A stretch of 64,000 nucleotides of DNA from the NCBI RefSeq assembly GCF_009914755.1, contig NC_060926.1, one strand, 5' to 3'. Below the pieces are notes generated by a model. It did no database searches. It saw only the letters and a list, made by a program, of their open reading frames with translations, and was not told where the DNA came from. A program made the translations under genes and the position numbers. Positions 17,048 through 33,470 of this stretch are shown piece after piece. The DNA comes from the human T2T-CHM13v2.0 reference genome, Homo sapiens. Each line of letters begins with the position of its first letter. Position 1 is the first letter of the stretch.

Positions 17048-18399
17048 TAGCATGCGACTTTCTTTCCTGCTTTCAATTTTCTGACTTTTTCTTCTCCCAT
17101 CACTACCTCTTCTTTATATGTTTAATCTTTTTTTTCCTCCCATATCCCAAATCCCCTTTCACTATCATTCATTCATTAGAACACTTGAACGTAATGAGCA
17201 AAAACAGTACTTCACATTCCAGTGGGTATAGAGCCTTCACTCAAAACATTCCATCAAGTTAGAATTGATGGCCTCTGAACATTAGGGAGATGAGCCATAT
17301 GGTCAGGAGAATTGTTTTATCAAAAGATTTATAGGTCAAGTGCTTTGGGGAGACTTTTCTCAAAGCCTCTCAACTCCCCCACTCTTCAATCTGAGCCCCA
17401 AATAAGGAGTTAAAGTAATTTCAGGCGTTGGAACTGGTCTTGACTATGCCTTTTGTTCTCCCATCTAACACAAAATCTTCTCTTGGGGATAATGGAGAAA
17501 TTTCCCTCAAATCATTATCATCTGATTTCTATTATTCTATCCAGTGATTCATGCATGATTGTGGAGGCTAGAAAGCTTGAAATGCCTTGTCTGAGTCTAG
17601 CTTGGACCAAATGCTTTCATTTTATCGAGAAATGGAGAGGGACTGTCTCACCCTGAAAAGCTAATCAGATATGTGGCTGAGATGATAAAAAAATTGGATG
17701 TGTGTTTATCCAGAAAAATCTTTATCTCTAGCCACATTTCAAAGCAAAAGAAAAGGGTGTGGGTGTTCATTGGAATGATGACTGTTTGTGGGGACTCACC
17801 AATTGTTAATTCATCATTAATGTTTAAAAGTAATATAAATGTTATGGGAGGGAGAGTTTATGACTGCCCAGGGAGATGGCCTTCTGAGAGTCTCCTAGAA
17901 AATATGGAAATTATCAAATCCACACTCAGGGTGATCTCATGACATATTAATGTATGTGACCCCAGCAAATTTGTCCCAAAAATAATAAATTTTATCTTTG
18001 GAAATGAGGAACCAGTGCTACCTAGAGGACTGTCTTCTGGAAGTCAACACATACTTCCTGTAAAGGTATCTTCACTGCTCCCTCCTCCTTTGAATTGAGG
18101 TGGGCCATAACCTGTTAGTTACTCTTTTGTTCAGCCAATATGTATCAAGTGTGTGTTCATTTCCAGACCCTGTGCCAGAAACTGCTGGGACAATGGGAAC
18201 GGAACAGCCATGGTTCCTGCCTTCAGGGGGCTTCCAGTCTAGAGGAGGAGGAGAGATGGCTGCACAAGCCTCAGCAATCATTGTGGTCAATGGTGGGGAG
18301 GTGCTCATGCTCTGGGTGGTCACAGGGGCACAGGGAAGCCATACTTGAAAGATGAAGAAGAGTCAGAAGAAGGGGAGAGGGAAGGACACTTACAAAGGT

Positions 18400-18810
18400 C
18401 TTGCTCCAGGAGCTCAAGGGCTGGTGCCCATGTGGCCCTCTGCACCTGCTATTCCCATAGCCAAGTAAACACTTCATGCAGATAGACCTTAGAACCTTCC
18501 CTCACCATCTTCAGAGCTTTGCTCAGTCATTGCTTTTTCATGGGACCTTCCTTGACTCTCTGCTTAAAATTGCAGCCTCCACTTCCATCCCCAGCTATTC
18601 CCTCAGCCCACTTTGTGTTTTATTTTTCTCCCTGTCACAAACCACCTTCAGATGTACTTATGTTCCACTTCCTTATTGATTCTGTCTTCCCTTTCAGTGG
18701 AATGGATGTGCACTCTTCATGAGGGTGGAGACTTTCATCCCTTTGGGCACTGCCCTATCTGCTCTGCCTGGCATAGAAAAGACACCCAATAAATATTTGT
18801 TGTGTGACTA
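18400..18810. mobile_element. L2 3' fragment
   Basis: Ends gcctggcatagaaaagacacccaataaatatttgttg, typical of an L2 3' end. Confidence 0.6.
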
Positions 18811-19553
18811 AATGAAGCAGGAGAGATCATCCAGGGCCAGGCAGGAAGGGCTTATAAACCTTGTAAGCCAGTTGGCCTTCCTCTTGAGGACAATGGCCTT
18901 TGAAGGTATCAAGCAGAGAAGTGATATGGTCCAGTATGCATCTTCGAAGGAGCAGCCAGGTTGCAATGTGGGGCATGGGCTGGAGGGCAACTTCAGATCC
19001 AATTCTGTGGTGTCCTGAAATGTGACACCCTTTGTACAGCCCAGAAGCTCGGAGAGCCCCCGGGGCCTCCCAGACTCCTCTGTTAGCTCATTCTTCTTTC
19101 TGTCTCTGCTACATTTGTTCAAATCAGTCTTCCTAACATATCAAATTCATTTTTGTCATCTTGGAAATAAACTGGAATCTTGCTATAACCATATTTGCTG
19201 CAAAGCAGATTTGATAACCATTCAGCCACTATATAAGTATCAAAAATATCTCATTAAAAAGGAGCCTTCAACAGATGGTAATTTTAGCTCTGCCATATAG
19301 CAGCTAATGGCTTTGGGCAAGTTGCTTAACCTCCCAGAGCCTCCTGGTTTCCTGTCTGTATAATGGGAGTAACAGTACCTGCCTTACAGGGTTGTTGTGA
19401 GGGTTAAATAATTAAAGCCCTGGGACCTAGGAAGGTCCCTTTTTCCACTTCCGTAGGCATTAATTAATAAACAGTCTTGGGCTATTTTCTCTCTATAGGG
19501 TCCTCTGTGTCTTCAACAGTAACAATAGTTGCTGCGTATTATTGTTTCAATGA

Positions 19554-19805
<252 letters not shown>

Positions 19806-21059
19806 TGAGAAGACGAGGGGTTTTATAGACACAAACACAGGAATTCCAGTTAATACACTTCTGCATGGTACAAAAACAGCTTCAGAAGTCCCTCAGAGCT
19901 CCTGCATTATCAGAAGGGACAGAAAATAGGCAGTTTGTAGCAGATGAAGAAAGAACAAATTAGGACAGTAATCACAGCCAGCCATCGGGGACAAATCAGT
20001 CGGGTGTCTGGTTTGGGTGGTGGGGGACAGGGAACAGAGAGGAGAAAGAGTAACTTTAAACCACCTCATAAAACAGTCAAATATAATTCATTTTATCTTG
20101 ACAGTAGCTAAAATAATTGTTACTGTTTTACCACTGTCACTTGGTAGAGTTGATATTACTACTATAGAGAAGACTGATTCTTGAGTTAACTATTTAGACG
20201 TCAACTGCAAATTCCTTTCTGGATATCTGGCCTTGCTTTCTGTTCTCTAAGAGTTCATTGATCTCACAAGCTCAGCTTCATTTCAAGTTAAGGGTTCTGA
20301 GGGTTTCTATAGTGAGGGTGGCATTTGTCCATCTTTGCAATACTCCCTCCCACCCCAGCATCGAACACAGTGCCCGACACATGGAAGGTGCTCATTAAAT
20401 GCTCCATGAATTGGCCCATCCTTTTCATCGCACACTCTCTGGTTTAGGGCCCCTTTCCTACCCATTCTTTGCCCTCCTCAGAGCTTACTGAACTGGAAAT
20501 AAATAGCCATGGAGTGAAAGAAACTGACCAGGAACACAGCCAGGCCTGGCATGGAAGGATCTCAGATCCTTCATAGTACCCTTGAGGAAATATTCCAGGC
20601 CTTTGATAAGAAATGACTGAGAAAGACAGGAATGGGGCAGAAGAAACCAAATACTTGCGGAGTGCATGATGGTGGCTCTATCTAGTGCTATAGACTGGCA
20701 GGGCCTTTGGAGGTCATGAGGGTCACCCTCCGAATTCCCTGGGCTGCCCCAATCCCAATTCTACAAGGTGGGGCTTTGATTAAGAGTCATGCATTTGCCC
20801 AAAATCTGTCTCTGTCCATGACTGGGCTCTGCTTTTCGGGGCTTCCTCTTAGATAGGCTCTTCCCCAAGGGTGGCAAGTTGGCCACCAGCTTCTATTTCC
20901 CAGGTCATTCCGGTACTGAATATAAACCAAATGTGGGTCACTTATCCATACCCAAATGAAATGCCATTGGCCCACCCTGGAGCCACAGGGACTGAAAATG
21001 GGAAGAGAAAGGATGTCTGACAGAGGAAAATGGGGTACTGAAAACTATAAGAAGGAATT

Positions 21060-21205
21060 TCAGCTACTCAGGAGATTGAGGTGGGAGGATCGCTTGAGTC
21101 CAGCAGTTCAAGGATGTAGTGTGGTATGATTACACCTGTGAATAGCCACTGCAACCCAGCCTGGGCAACATAGTGAGACCCCATCTCTATAGAAAAAAAA
21201 AACTA
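21060..21205 (+). mobile_element. Alu monomer fragment (J-type)
   Basis: cagctactcaggagattgaggtgggaggatcgcttgag...cagcctgggcaacatagtgagacc. Confidence 0.8.
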
Positions 21206-21597
21206 CAAGAAAGAAGAATGATTCTGGACGTCAAAAGAAAAGATATTTGTTACGAGTATTCAAAAAATACTGCCATACTCCATGACTTATCTGGTGAAAC
21301 TATCCCTTTTATTCTTAGCAACAGTTTAGTTCTTCACTTAGGGCTGAGAGAATTATGAATCGTACTTTCTGGGAGGAAATATCATCACAGTCACCATTCA
21401 TTAACCAATATTTGAGCACCTGCTATCTACTATGTGTTTGGCAGTTTCTGGGCATTTGGGATACATCAGTAAACAAAACAGACCAAGATCCCTACCCTGC
21501 TCCAGGATAGTACAGGTAACAGACAACAGACCTAATACACAAGCAGAGTGTGTAGCATGTTCAAAGGTGATAGCTGCTAAGGAAATGAGATAAGAAA

Positions 21598-21996
<399 letters not shown>

Positions 21997-22499
21997 TTAT
22001 AGAAGGAAAAGTGTTGTCATCCCTAAGGCCCACTTTCCTGTCCACCTCCCTCAAGACTCACAGAAATGGCAACTCAGCCTGCTTCCAAAGGACTCACGAA
22101 GTACACGCTCGGTACACTTTCTGACTCCCAGACCAGTCTTTGCCCCAAAGACCTTCTCTTGGAAATGTTCAGTGTTCACTGCTCTCCCTAGATAGACCTT
22201 CTCCTTATGGATGTGGTAGCTCCCAGATTCCTGGGGATTGCCATGTAGTAAGACACAGTCTCAGGGTAGTACAGACAAAGATGATGAGTTCAAACAGAGA
22301 AGAGCACACAGGCTGTCCTCCACACCTGGAGCTGTGTGGAAACCAACTCATCCTATACATTCATTTGTGTATCTCCTGCCTGTCCGCAGGGCATGTCATT
22401 CATTTTTGCCTGGGGCATGTAGGAAGCATTGCACGTTGCAGGGGATGAGGGTAGGTGATAAGAAAGGTCAAGGCAGAACAAGGGAATGGAAAGAGATAA

Positions 22500-23305
<806 letters not shown>

Positions 23306-23529
23306 TGAGTATCAGACACTGTGATAGGCACTGAGGATACAGAGATGAATCATCTCTATCCTTGACCTTCCAGGGAGCCTAGAATCTAACAGGAAGATAA
23401 ACAATGAAACAGGTAATAGCACAATGTTGTGGCAGAGGCAGGCTCACGTTACTACAGGAGAGCATTCATTCATTTTCCATTTGTTGCATGTGAACTTCTC
23501 ACATTTTAAGAACCTCTTTACAACACTGA

Positions 23530-23645
23530 AGGCAGGGTTTCACCATGTTGGCCAGGCTGGTCTCAAACTCCTGACCTCAGGTGATCCACCTGCCTCAGTC
23601 TCCCAAAGTGCTGGGATTACTAGCGTGAGCCACTGCACCCAGCTG
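23530..23645 (-). mobile_element. Alu left-arm fragment
   Basis: gggtttcaccatgttggccaggctgg...gagccactgcacccagc. Confidence 0.85.
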
Positions 23646-24542
23646 AGACCAGCCTGTTTTCTAAATCAAAAAAGAAAAAAAAATTTTTTGAACCATGTTT
23701 TTAAAAACTCAATTTGTGTTTTTTCAAAAAGAAATGGTAATTGATGAATGAATAAGGATAGAGGTTTTTTTCAGGGACTTTTTAAATTATCAGGGTTAGG
23801 TCATGGTAGTAGGGAAGAAAATAGCAATAATGCCTATTAATGCTAGATATCAAATTGAATATCCTTATACTCCACATTGATATCAAAGGATGTGTATGTT
23901 ATGCCCAGAACATCTGAAGAATGAGAAATAAGCTTCCACCTCGCAGTTCCCACACAGTTAGCATATAGTGCCCTCAAATGCAAGGTAGAGGAATTGGCCT
24001 GAACACGGACAACAGCCAGCCATGCCTGGAGTTAGAGCTGCCCCACCTGTTTTGAGACCAGTCCCAAGCATTACGTATGTGGGCAGGTGTACATGCATCC
24101 CACGAAGCAGAAGGGGGCTGCCCCGAAACCTGTGGATTTCACATACAACAGGAAAATAATGCTTGGCTTAGGACATCATCCAAAGATGGAGCAGGGTGCC
24201 TTAGGAGATAAGTTCTTGTCTCCACAATCATTTAAACGTGCCTTGATGACCACTTGGCAGGAAAGTTGTAGAGGGATCACGAGCTGGTCTCAAGATTTAA
24301 TGGTGCCAGGACACTTGAATAATATTCCCAGGAAAAAATATGTATGAGTGTGTTCTATTTCCAAAAAAAAAAAAAACAGAATTAAGTATAATATTATCAA
24401 TATTAAAGTGTCAGACTAGTAGTTGGGAAGCCCTGGGTGGGGCAAGGGGTACTTCTCTGACACTCTGATACTAAGTGACCTTGTGATGCTTCTGAGACTC
24501 CATTTTCTCTTTAATAAAACAGAAATAATAATACTGGGACCT

Positions 24543-24935
<393 letters not shown>

Positions 24936-25080
24936 TCATAAGGGAGAAAGGAACATTCACTGATCCCTGCTAAGGGCCAGGCCCCTCACATATTGAGCCT
25001 TGTATAATCTTCCTGTCACCCTTCCCAGTAATTGTGCTGATCCCCACTGTGCAGATGAGGAAACCGAGGCTCAGAGATGA

Positions 25081-25601
<521 letters not shown>

Positions 25602-27224
25602 TCATAGTCTTTAACAAAGACAATGTAGGGGACTTTTCTGTTACACAGGAAAAGTTATACTACCTTGAAGTTGAAACTTTTGAATGAGATCCTGATTTTC
25701 TTCCATCATTTAGAAAGTATTGAAATTAGTCATTTATATTCATGTATCATATGGTATGTTACATGGAATTTCCAAATGTCTCTTCCTGGTTAAGCCTTTT
25801 GAGAACTCTACAATTATTTATTATTACTCCCATTTCACAGGTGTAGAAGCTGAGGTTCTATGATAGGTCATGCAGCTGGCTCAAGACAGGCTGGAGGCCG
25901 CACTTCAGACTCCTGCAGCACATGCTCCTCCATCCTCCCAGCAGCTCCCTAAGAAAGCCTGCTGTGGTCCTAAAAGTAACATGCCCAGCAGGGGGGCTGT
26001 GCATGAGAGTGGAGGGCAGGATGGCTGGAAGGTTTTCCAAGGAAAAGATAACCTAAGATCACTTGTCCAGCATCTGTCGGTTTCCAGTTGAAGAAACTGA
26101 GGCTCAGGGGTTAAGTAACTCCTATGGTCTGTAAGACATCAAGTGTAGTAGTTAGGACTTGAGTGCAGACAGCCTGACTGCAGGACCTGTACTTCAGCCA
26201 CCGGAGAAAGCGCCTCTCACATGTTGGTTTCAATGCTGTAGTTTGTGTTCACAAAGTGTTTGTGACTCTTCCTCCTCCTCTCCCAGTCTTACAATACCAC
26301 ACTGCTGCCAGTGCTCTAAATACAGCTCAGTCTTATCAGTGGTTTGCTTGAAATTCTTTACTGTGTCCCCATTGGCCCTCTGGTTAAATTCCAAGCATCA
26401 AAGATGTATTTATTTTACAAATAGAAAAATATAACATGTGCAATTTTTCTTAAACTCCGAACTGTAACATGCAAGATCTGGCCTGTGTCTAATTTACACT
26501 GTCCACACACTGCCCCCGCACCAAACTATCCCCTAACCAGCACATGCTGCTTCCTCTGCTTGGAATTGTTCTACCTTCCCTTCACTGCAAGATTTAGCAC
26601 TGTGTCTGCTGGTAAACAACCTTCCCAGCCTAATTTAGCTTCACCTCCCATGAGGCCCTGCAGAAACCTGTCATAATCTGCCACAACATTTATCACGCTG
26701 CATTGCAAACTGACTTGTCATTTCCCCACAAGCCAGTGAGCATCCTACGAATACATCTTTCATCTTTGTGCCCCCGGTGCCTATCTCGGTACCTGGCACA
26801 CAGCAGACACTCAATAAATGTTCATTAGCTGAATGAACAGAGGAAGAGCAAACAACCTGGCCAAAATAACAGAACTGGGATTTGAATTTACAGTCCCTCC
26901 ATTTGTTTTGCTCACTCACCAAGTATTATTACCTGTTTCCATCACTCTGTTTTAATCATGCATTTGTAACTCAGACTAAAAGTGACATCACATTTTATTT
27001 AGGTTTAGTTTCTTTAATTCAAATTTTGAATCTGAAATATATTCAGAAGGTTTTTTTTTTCAAATTTAAGTAGAAAACAGTATGCCTTCCAGCTGCTCAG
27101 CTCCCTTCCCTTGAACAACTGGAGTTGCTAGTTTCCTGTGTCCCCTTCCTGGAATGTATAATGCATATATATAAGCAAATACAGATAGATACATACACAG
27201 ATAGATATTATATGCAAATCTTAG

Positions 27225-28387
<1,163 letters not shown>

Positions 28388-29276
28388 ACATATGTATTCT
28401 TATATCTAAAAAAAGATAGTTCTTTTGACACTCTTCTAAGCAACATACAATTGAATTGACAGAGTTTCAAATTAAGACTATTTCTTTTTCTAACAAAGAT
28501 TCACCTGAAAATATTTTTCCAAATCCCTGAGTTTCTCTATCTCCCTCTCCCACTCTGTGAAATGAGAAGATATTCCTTGCCCCTGAAGGCTCATGGCTGT
28601 GTGTTGTTGAGACTGAAGTTTGATCCTTCTTGGCATTAAAATTCTTCCAAAAGAAGAAGCTTGACTCTCCCTTTCAATACAGTTTCTTGTTAGATTAAAA
28701 GGCTTTATAACCAGGGATATCTAGTCTTCTAACTTAGCCTGTTACTCCTTTCCATTTATTCAGGGAATTTTTTTTTTTTTTTTTTTTTTTTTTTCTGTAC
28801 CAGGCCAAATTGACTTTGTCTCCAAAATAAGAAACCCAAAAGTAAGAAAATTATTTACCTGTGTTAGCCTTTTTATGTCAGTATATATCATCAGCTACAA
28901 ACACTAAGCTAACAAGTGAGAAACAAACACACAAGGTAAAAAGCCACCAAGTGAGGGAAGTCAGAGGGGAATTAAAGAGAGTGCCAAAATAGCAGATAAT
29001 TAGTTGTCTCTTCTCAAAGCAGGATGCAGCTTTGATAACAAAGTGGAAAGGTGACTGTCACTACAGAATGAGGGTAAACCCGGAGAGACTTCCAGGACCC
29101 TTCATGCCAGATTCCAGCTCTAGCACCGAGATGAAGCTGTGGGTTGAGCAGGGATCCAGGTGACAAAGGCCCAGATCTGGCCTCATCAGACACACGGGGC
29201 TTACTTGGGTCACCAACTCTACCTGCCATGTTACTTTGGCACTGAGGAGCTGCTCTTGCAACACTCTAGAGAAGAG

Positions 29277-29437
29277 CATGATTCTCAGTCCTGGCTGCAT
29301 ATCAGACTCACCCTAGAAGCCTTAAAATGCCCCAACTCCAGCTGTATGACTGTTATTATTTGGAGTTAGGACCTGGGAATCATTTTCTGAAACTTCTCAA
29401 ATAATTCTAATGTGTAGCCAGGGTTGGTAACCATAGT
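29277..29437. mobile_element. MER5 (B-like) DNA transposon
   Basis: gattctcagtcctggctgcatatcagactcacc...aataattctaatgtgtagccagggttggtaacca. Confidence 0.65.
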
Positions 29438-29924
29438 TATGGAGATTTCTGGGAGGAGGGATTGCAAGCAGCTTGTATGACTCAAGGAAAGAAGGAAGAA
29501 GGGATCAAATGTGATAAGAAACCAAATCCGTGGTAATCCTGAGGATGCCACAAAAGGCCTGTCTGACCCTTTGGCTCCCCTGCTTTAAATCCTGAATGCT
29601 TTCCATTTGTTCTCAAGATAAAGACCAAAGTCCTCAACCTGCCTTCAAGGCCATGGGGGTTTGACTCCTCCCAGCCCTGCGCAGTTCTCTCAGTCTCTGC
29701 TGTAGTCACACTAGTCCTCCCTCAAGTCCTGGAGGTGCCCTGCTTCCTTCTGCTAGTTGGCCTCTGTCATGACATTCTTCTCGCCTTCCTCCAGTAAACT
29801 CCTACATGCCTTAGGCATTCAGAACTGCACAGATGAATGGGATAAGACCCCATGAAAATAAGTACAACCAGAAAGCTAACAGTGCTTGATGCTGCTGGTG
29901 CCAAGCCTGCCTGGCCCTGGCTTT

Positions 29925-30077
29925 TTCTTTTTTTTTTTAAGAGACAGAGTCCAGGGTCTTGCTATGTTGCCCAGGCTGGACTCAAACTCCTGGGAACTCC
30001 TGTTTTAAGCAATTTTCCCATCTCAGCCTCCCAAATAGCTGAGACTACAGGTGCATATTATTATGCCTAGCCCTGCC
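29925..30077 (-). mobile_element. Alu monomer fragment (J/FLAM-like)
   Basis: gggtcttgctatgttgcccaggctggactcaaactcctggg. Confidence 0.8.
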
Positions 30078-30268
30078 TGGCTCTTTAAGCCTGTTTAACA
30101 CTAGTAGCAGCCTTCCTGGAGACTTAAGTAAAAAGTTGACGAAGAAGGAGAAGAAACCACTAAGAAAACTGGCTTCCCTCTTACCAAAGGTCATGGGATC
30201 ACAGAAGTGTTTTAAGTGTTTGCATTTATTATGTCTAATGTATTCTTTGTTGTGTGTTAACCCAATAG

Positions 30269-30341
30269 GAAAGTGGAAATGCACTGGACTATCAGGAAGA
30301 AGCAGGGAGACCCCTCAGAGAAACTCACCACAACGACCAAG
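30269..30341 (+). CDS. KIAA2012: KIAA2012 internal coding exon, 73 nt, phase 0-1: ESGNALDYQEEAGRPLRETHHNDQ(D)
   Basis: ttaacccaatag| acceptor; AAG|gtacag donor; open frame; phase-compatible with 19656 and 49731 exons. Confidence 0.88.
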
Positions 30342-30408
30342 GTACAGACCACTAGGTGGGGCTTTATAATCTTATAGCCATAACTGTCAGATGAACTTTG
30401 CACTGTTA

Positions 30409-30724
<316 letters not shown>

Positions 30725-31355
30725 CTAAAGTCACAGATTTTGGATTTCACCCTTAACTTGATCTTTTTCTGTTTATATCTTTTACCATGTCCTTCAGTTG
30801 ACATCCAATCAAAAGTAATTAATTTTTATACTAATTTTACAAGAGCTTGTTGTTTGGGGGATACCAGACAACAATATATCATGGTAGCCTGATCCTGGGT
30901 TTGGTTAAGCTTCTAAGCAGATTTCTGTTCACATGAGCTCTTACCACCTCCATTTTCAAGGCAGAGTGACACTAGACAGGGAAACATGCTCCAGTCTTCA
31001 GGTCTGCCATATCATAAATCACACATGCAGAATGTGAACACTGACAGGGCTCCAAGGGCTTGGCCAAGTGTGATGGAGGTTTTAGGCAGCACAGAACATG
31101 GCCAAACCTAAGCAATGACCAAGTCAGTCAAAACAGATTTCCTGTCTCATGACGGAAGAGCAGGCACCAGCTGGATTGCATAAAGGTTATTCAGACCATG
31201 TTTAATGCAATGAAATATCACCACAGAAAATTAAAGAAGGCATTTTCCTGTCCTGAATGATAAACACTAATGTTCAGAAAGGATTTCAAGTATTTGAAGA
31301 AAAAAGAAGAGGGAGTGCCAAGGAATTTTTTTTAACTATTTAAGGATCAATTTTC

Positions 31356-31669
31356 AGCCAGACACAGTGGCTCACGCCTGTAATCCCAACATTTTGGGAG
31401 GCCACAGCAGGAGGATCACTTGAGGTCAGGAGTCTGATACCAGACTAGGCAACACAACAAGATCCTGTCTCTACAAAAAATTTTAAAAATTGCTGGGCAT
31501 GGTAGCACATGCCTGTAGTCCCATCACTCCAGAGGCTGAGGCAGGAGGATCATTGGAGCCCAGGAGTTTGAGGCTGCTGTGAGCTGTGCTATGATCATGC
31601 CACTGCACTCCAGCCTGGGCAACAGAACCAGACCCTGTCTCCAAAAAAAAACAAAAACAAAAAAAAAAA
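31356..31669 (+). mobile_element. AluJ-like
   Basis: Dimeric Alu; TSD aaggatcaattttc. Confidence 0.92.
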
Positions 31670-31909
31670 GGATCAATTTTCTCCCCATAGGTCTTAAGGC
31701 TAATTACCAGGATTTTTTTCCTACTCTAAATTAAGTTGTGATCTTCATGGTTAATTATAAGCAGTGAACCAGTTGCCACCTGCAGTGAGAATATCATGAG
31801 TCTTAGACTTGGTGAGAACACTTCAAGTTTCCACAAGACAGGTCAAATCAGCAACCTCCAAATCAAAGTGGCTTTGAAAAATTGCTCTGGCTTTAAATAC
31901 AAAACTTTC

Positions 31910-32172
31910 CACTTTCAGAGGCTGAGGCGGGCAGATCACAAGGTCAGGAGATCGAGACCATCCTGGCTAACACGGTGAAACCCTGTCTCTACTAAAAAAT
32001 ACAAAAAATTAGCCAGGTGCGGTGGCGGGTGCCTGTTAGTCCCAGCTACTCAGGAGGCTGAGGCAGGAGAATGGCATGAACCCAGCAGGCGGAGCTTGCA
32101 GTGAGCCAAGATCGCACCACTGCACTCTAGCCTGGGCAACAGAGTGAGACTCCGTCTCAAAAAAAAAAAAAA
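31910..32172 (+). mobile_element. AluY-like, 5'-truncated
   Basis: Y diagnostics; TSD aaaactttccact. Confidence 0.92.
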
Positions 32173-32256
32173 CTTTCCACTCCTCTACCCCTGTCCAAAG
32201 TCCAGGGAAAGAATAAAATTTCAATTCTTATTTCAATTCTTGTTTATTTCCTAGGC

Positions 32257-32444
32257 CAATGGTTCTCAAACTTCAATGTGCATCAGAATCACCTGTAAGG
32301 CTTATTAAACTAAAGATTTCTAGGCCCCGCCCTCAGAGTTTCTGATTCATTAGATCTGGGCTGAGGCCTGACGATTTGCATTTTTAGTAAGTTCTCAGGT
32401 GATTCTGATGCTGGTGGACCAGCAACCACAGTTTTGAATCGCTG
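32257..32444. mobile_element. MER5A DNA transposon, near full length
   Basis: caatggttctcaaacttcaatgtgcatcagaatcacctg...gtttctgattcattagatctggg...caggtgattctgatgctg. Confidence 0.85.
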
Positions 32445-32532
32445 CCCTGGGCCTTGTTTCCAGTATGTATTTCCCTGAATTTGGCAGCAACTCAATTTAA
32501 CCTGTTCTTTTAAAAACAGTAGGAAGGAATAC

Positions 32533-32857
32533 TGGACACAGTCACTCATGGTTCCAACCCCAGCACTTTGGGAGGCAGGAGGATCACTTCAGACCAGAAG
32601 TTGTTGGAGACCAACCTGGGCAATATAGCAAGACCCCTCCCCATGCCCTGCATCTCGGCCTCTAAAAATTTTTTTTTAATTAGCCAGGCATGGTAGTGAG
32701 GACCTGCAGCCCTAGCTACTCAGGAGGCTGAGGCAGGAGGATCCCTAGAGCCCAGGAGTTCAAGGCTGCAGTGAGTTGAGACTGCACCACTGCACTCCAG
32801 CCTGGATGACAGAGCAAGACCCTGTCTCTAAGAAAATAAAATAATAATAATAATAAT
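32533..32857 (+). mobile_element. AluJ-like
   Basis: Diverged dimeric Alu with (AAT)n tail. Confidence 0.88.
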
Positions 32858-32899
32858 AGGTAGTGGGGAAGGAATTGGTTGGCAGGCACTGTTTAGGCA

Positions 32900-33120
32900 G
32901 CATCATTGTGATCAAGAGTACTGATTATGTAGTCTGATTCCCAGGGTTCAAGTTCTAGCACCACCACTTACTAGCTGTGTGACCTTGAGTAAGTTACTAA
33001 ACTTCTCTGGGCATCTTTTTTCTTCCTCTGTAAAATGGGGATACTAACAGTACTTATCTCATGGGGTGGTTGTGACAAAGAAGAGTTAACTATGTAATGT
33101 GCTTAGAAAAGTACCCGTCA
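32900..33120. mobile_element. MIR interrupted by the Alu at 33123
   Basis: ggttcaagttctagcaccaccacttactagctgtgtgaccttgagtaagttactaaacttctctg. Confidence 0.8.
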
Positions 33121-33122
33121 TA

Positions 33123-33470
<348 letters not shown>

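Noticed and set aside
30349-30363. CTCF-like CCACTAGGTGGGGCT just after exon 30269 (also ~25985 and ~31775)
   Set aside because: Mismatches at high-information core positions; not supportable without ChIP data.
32940-32970. tRNA-like GGTTCAAGTTC box
   Set aside because: It is the tRNA-derived head of a MIR; no cloverleaf structure.
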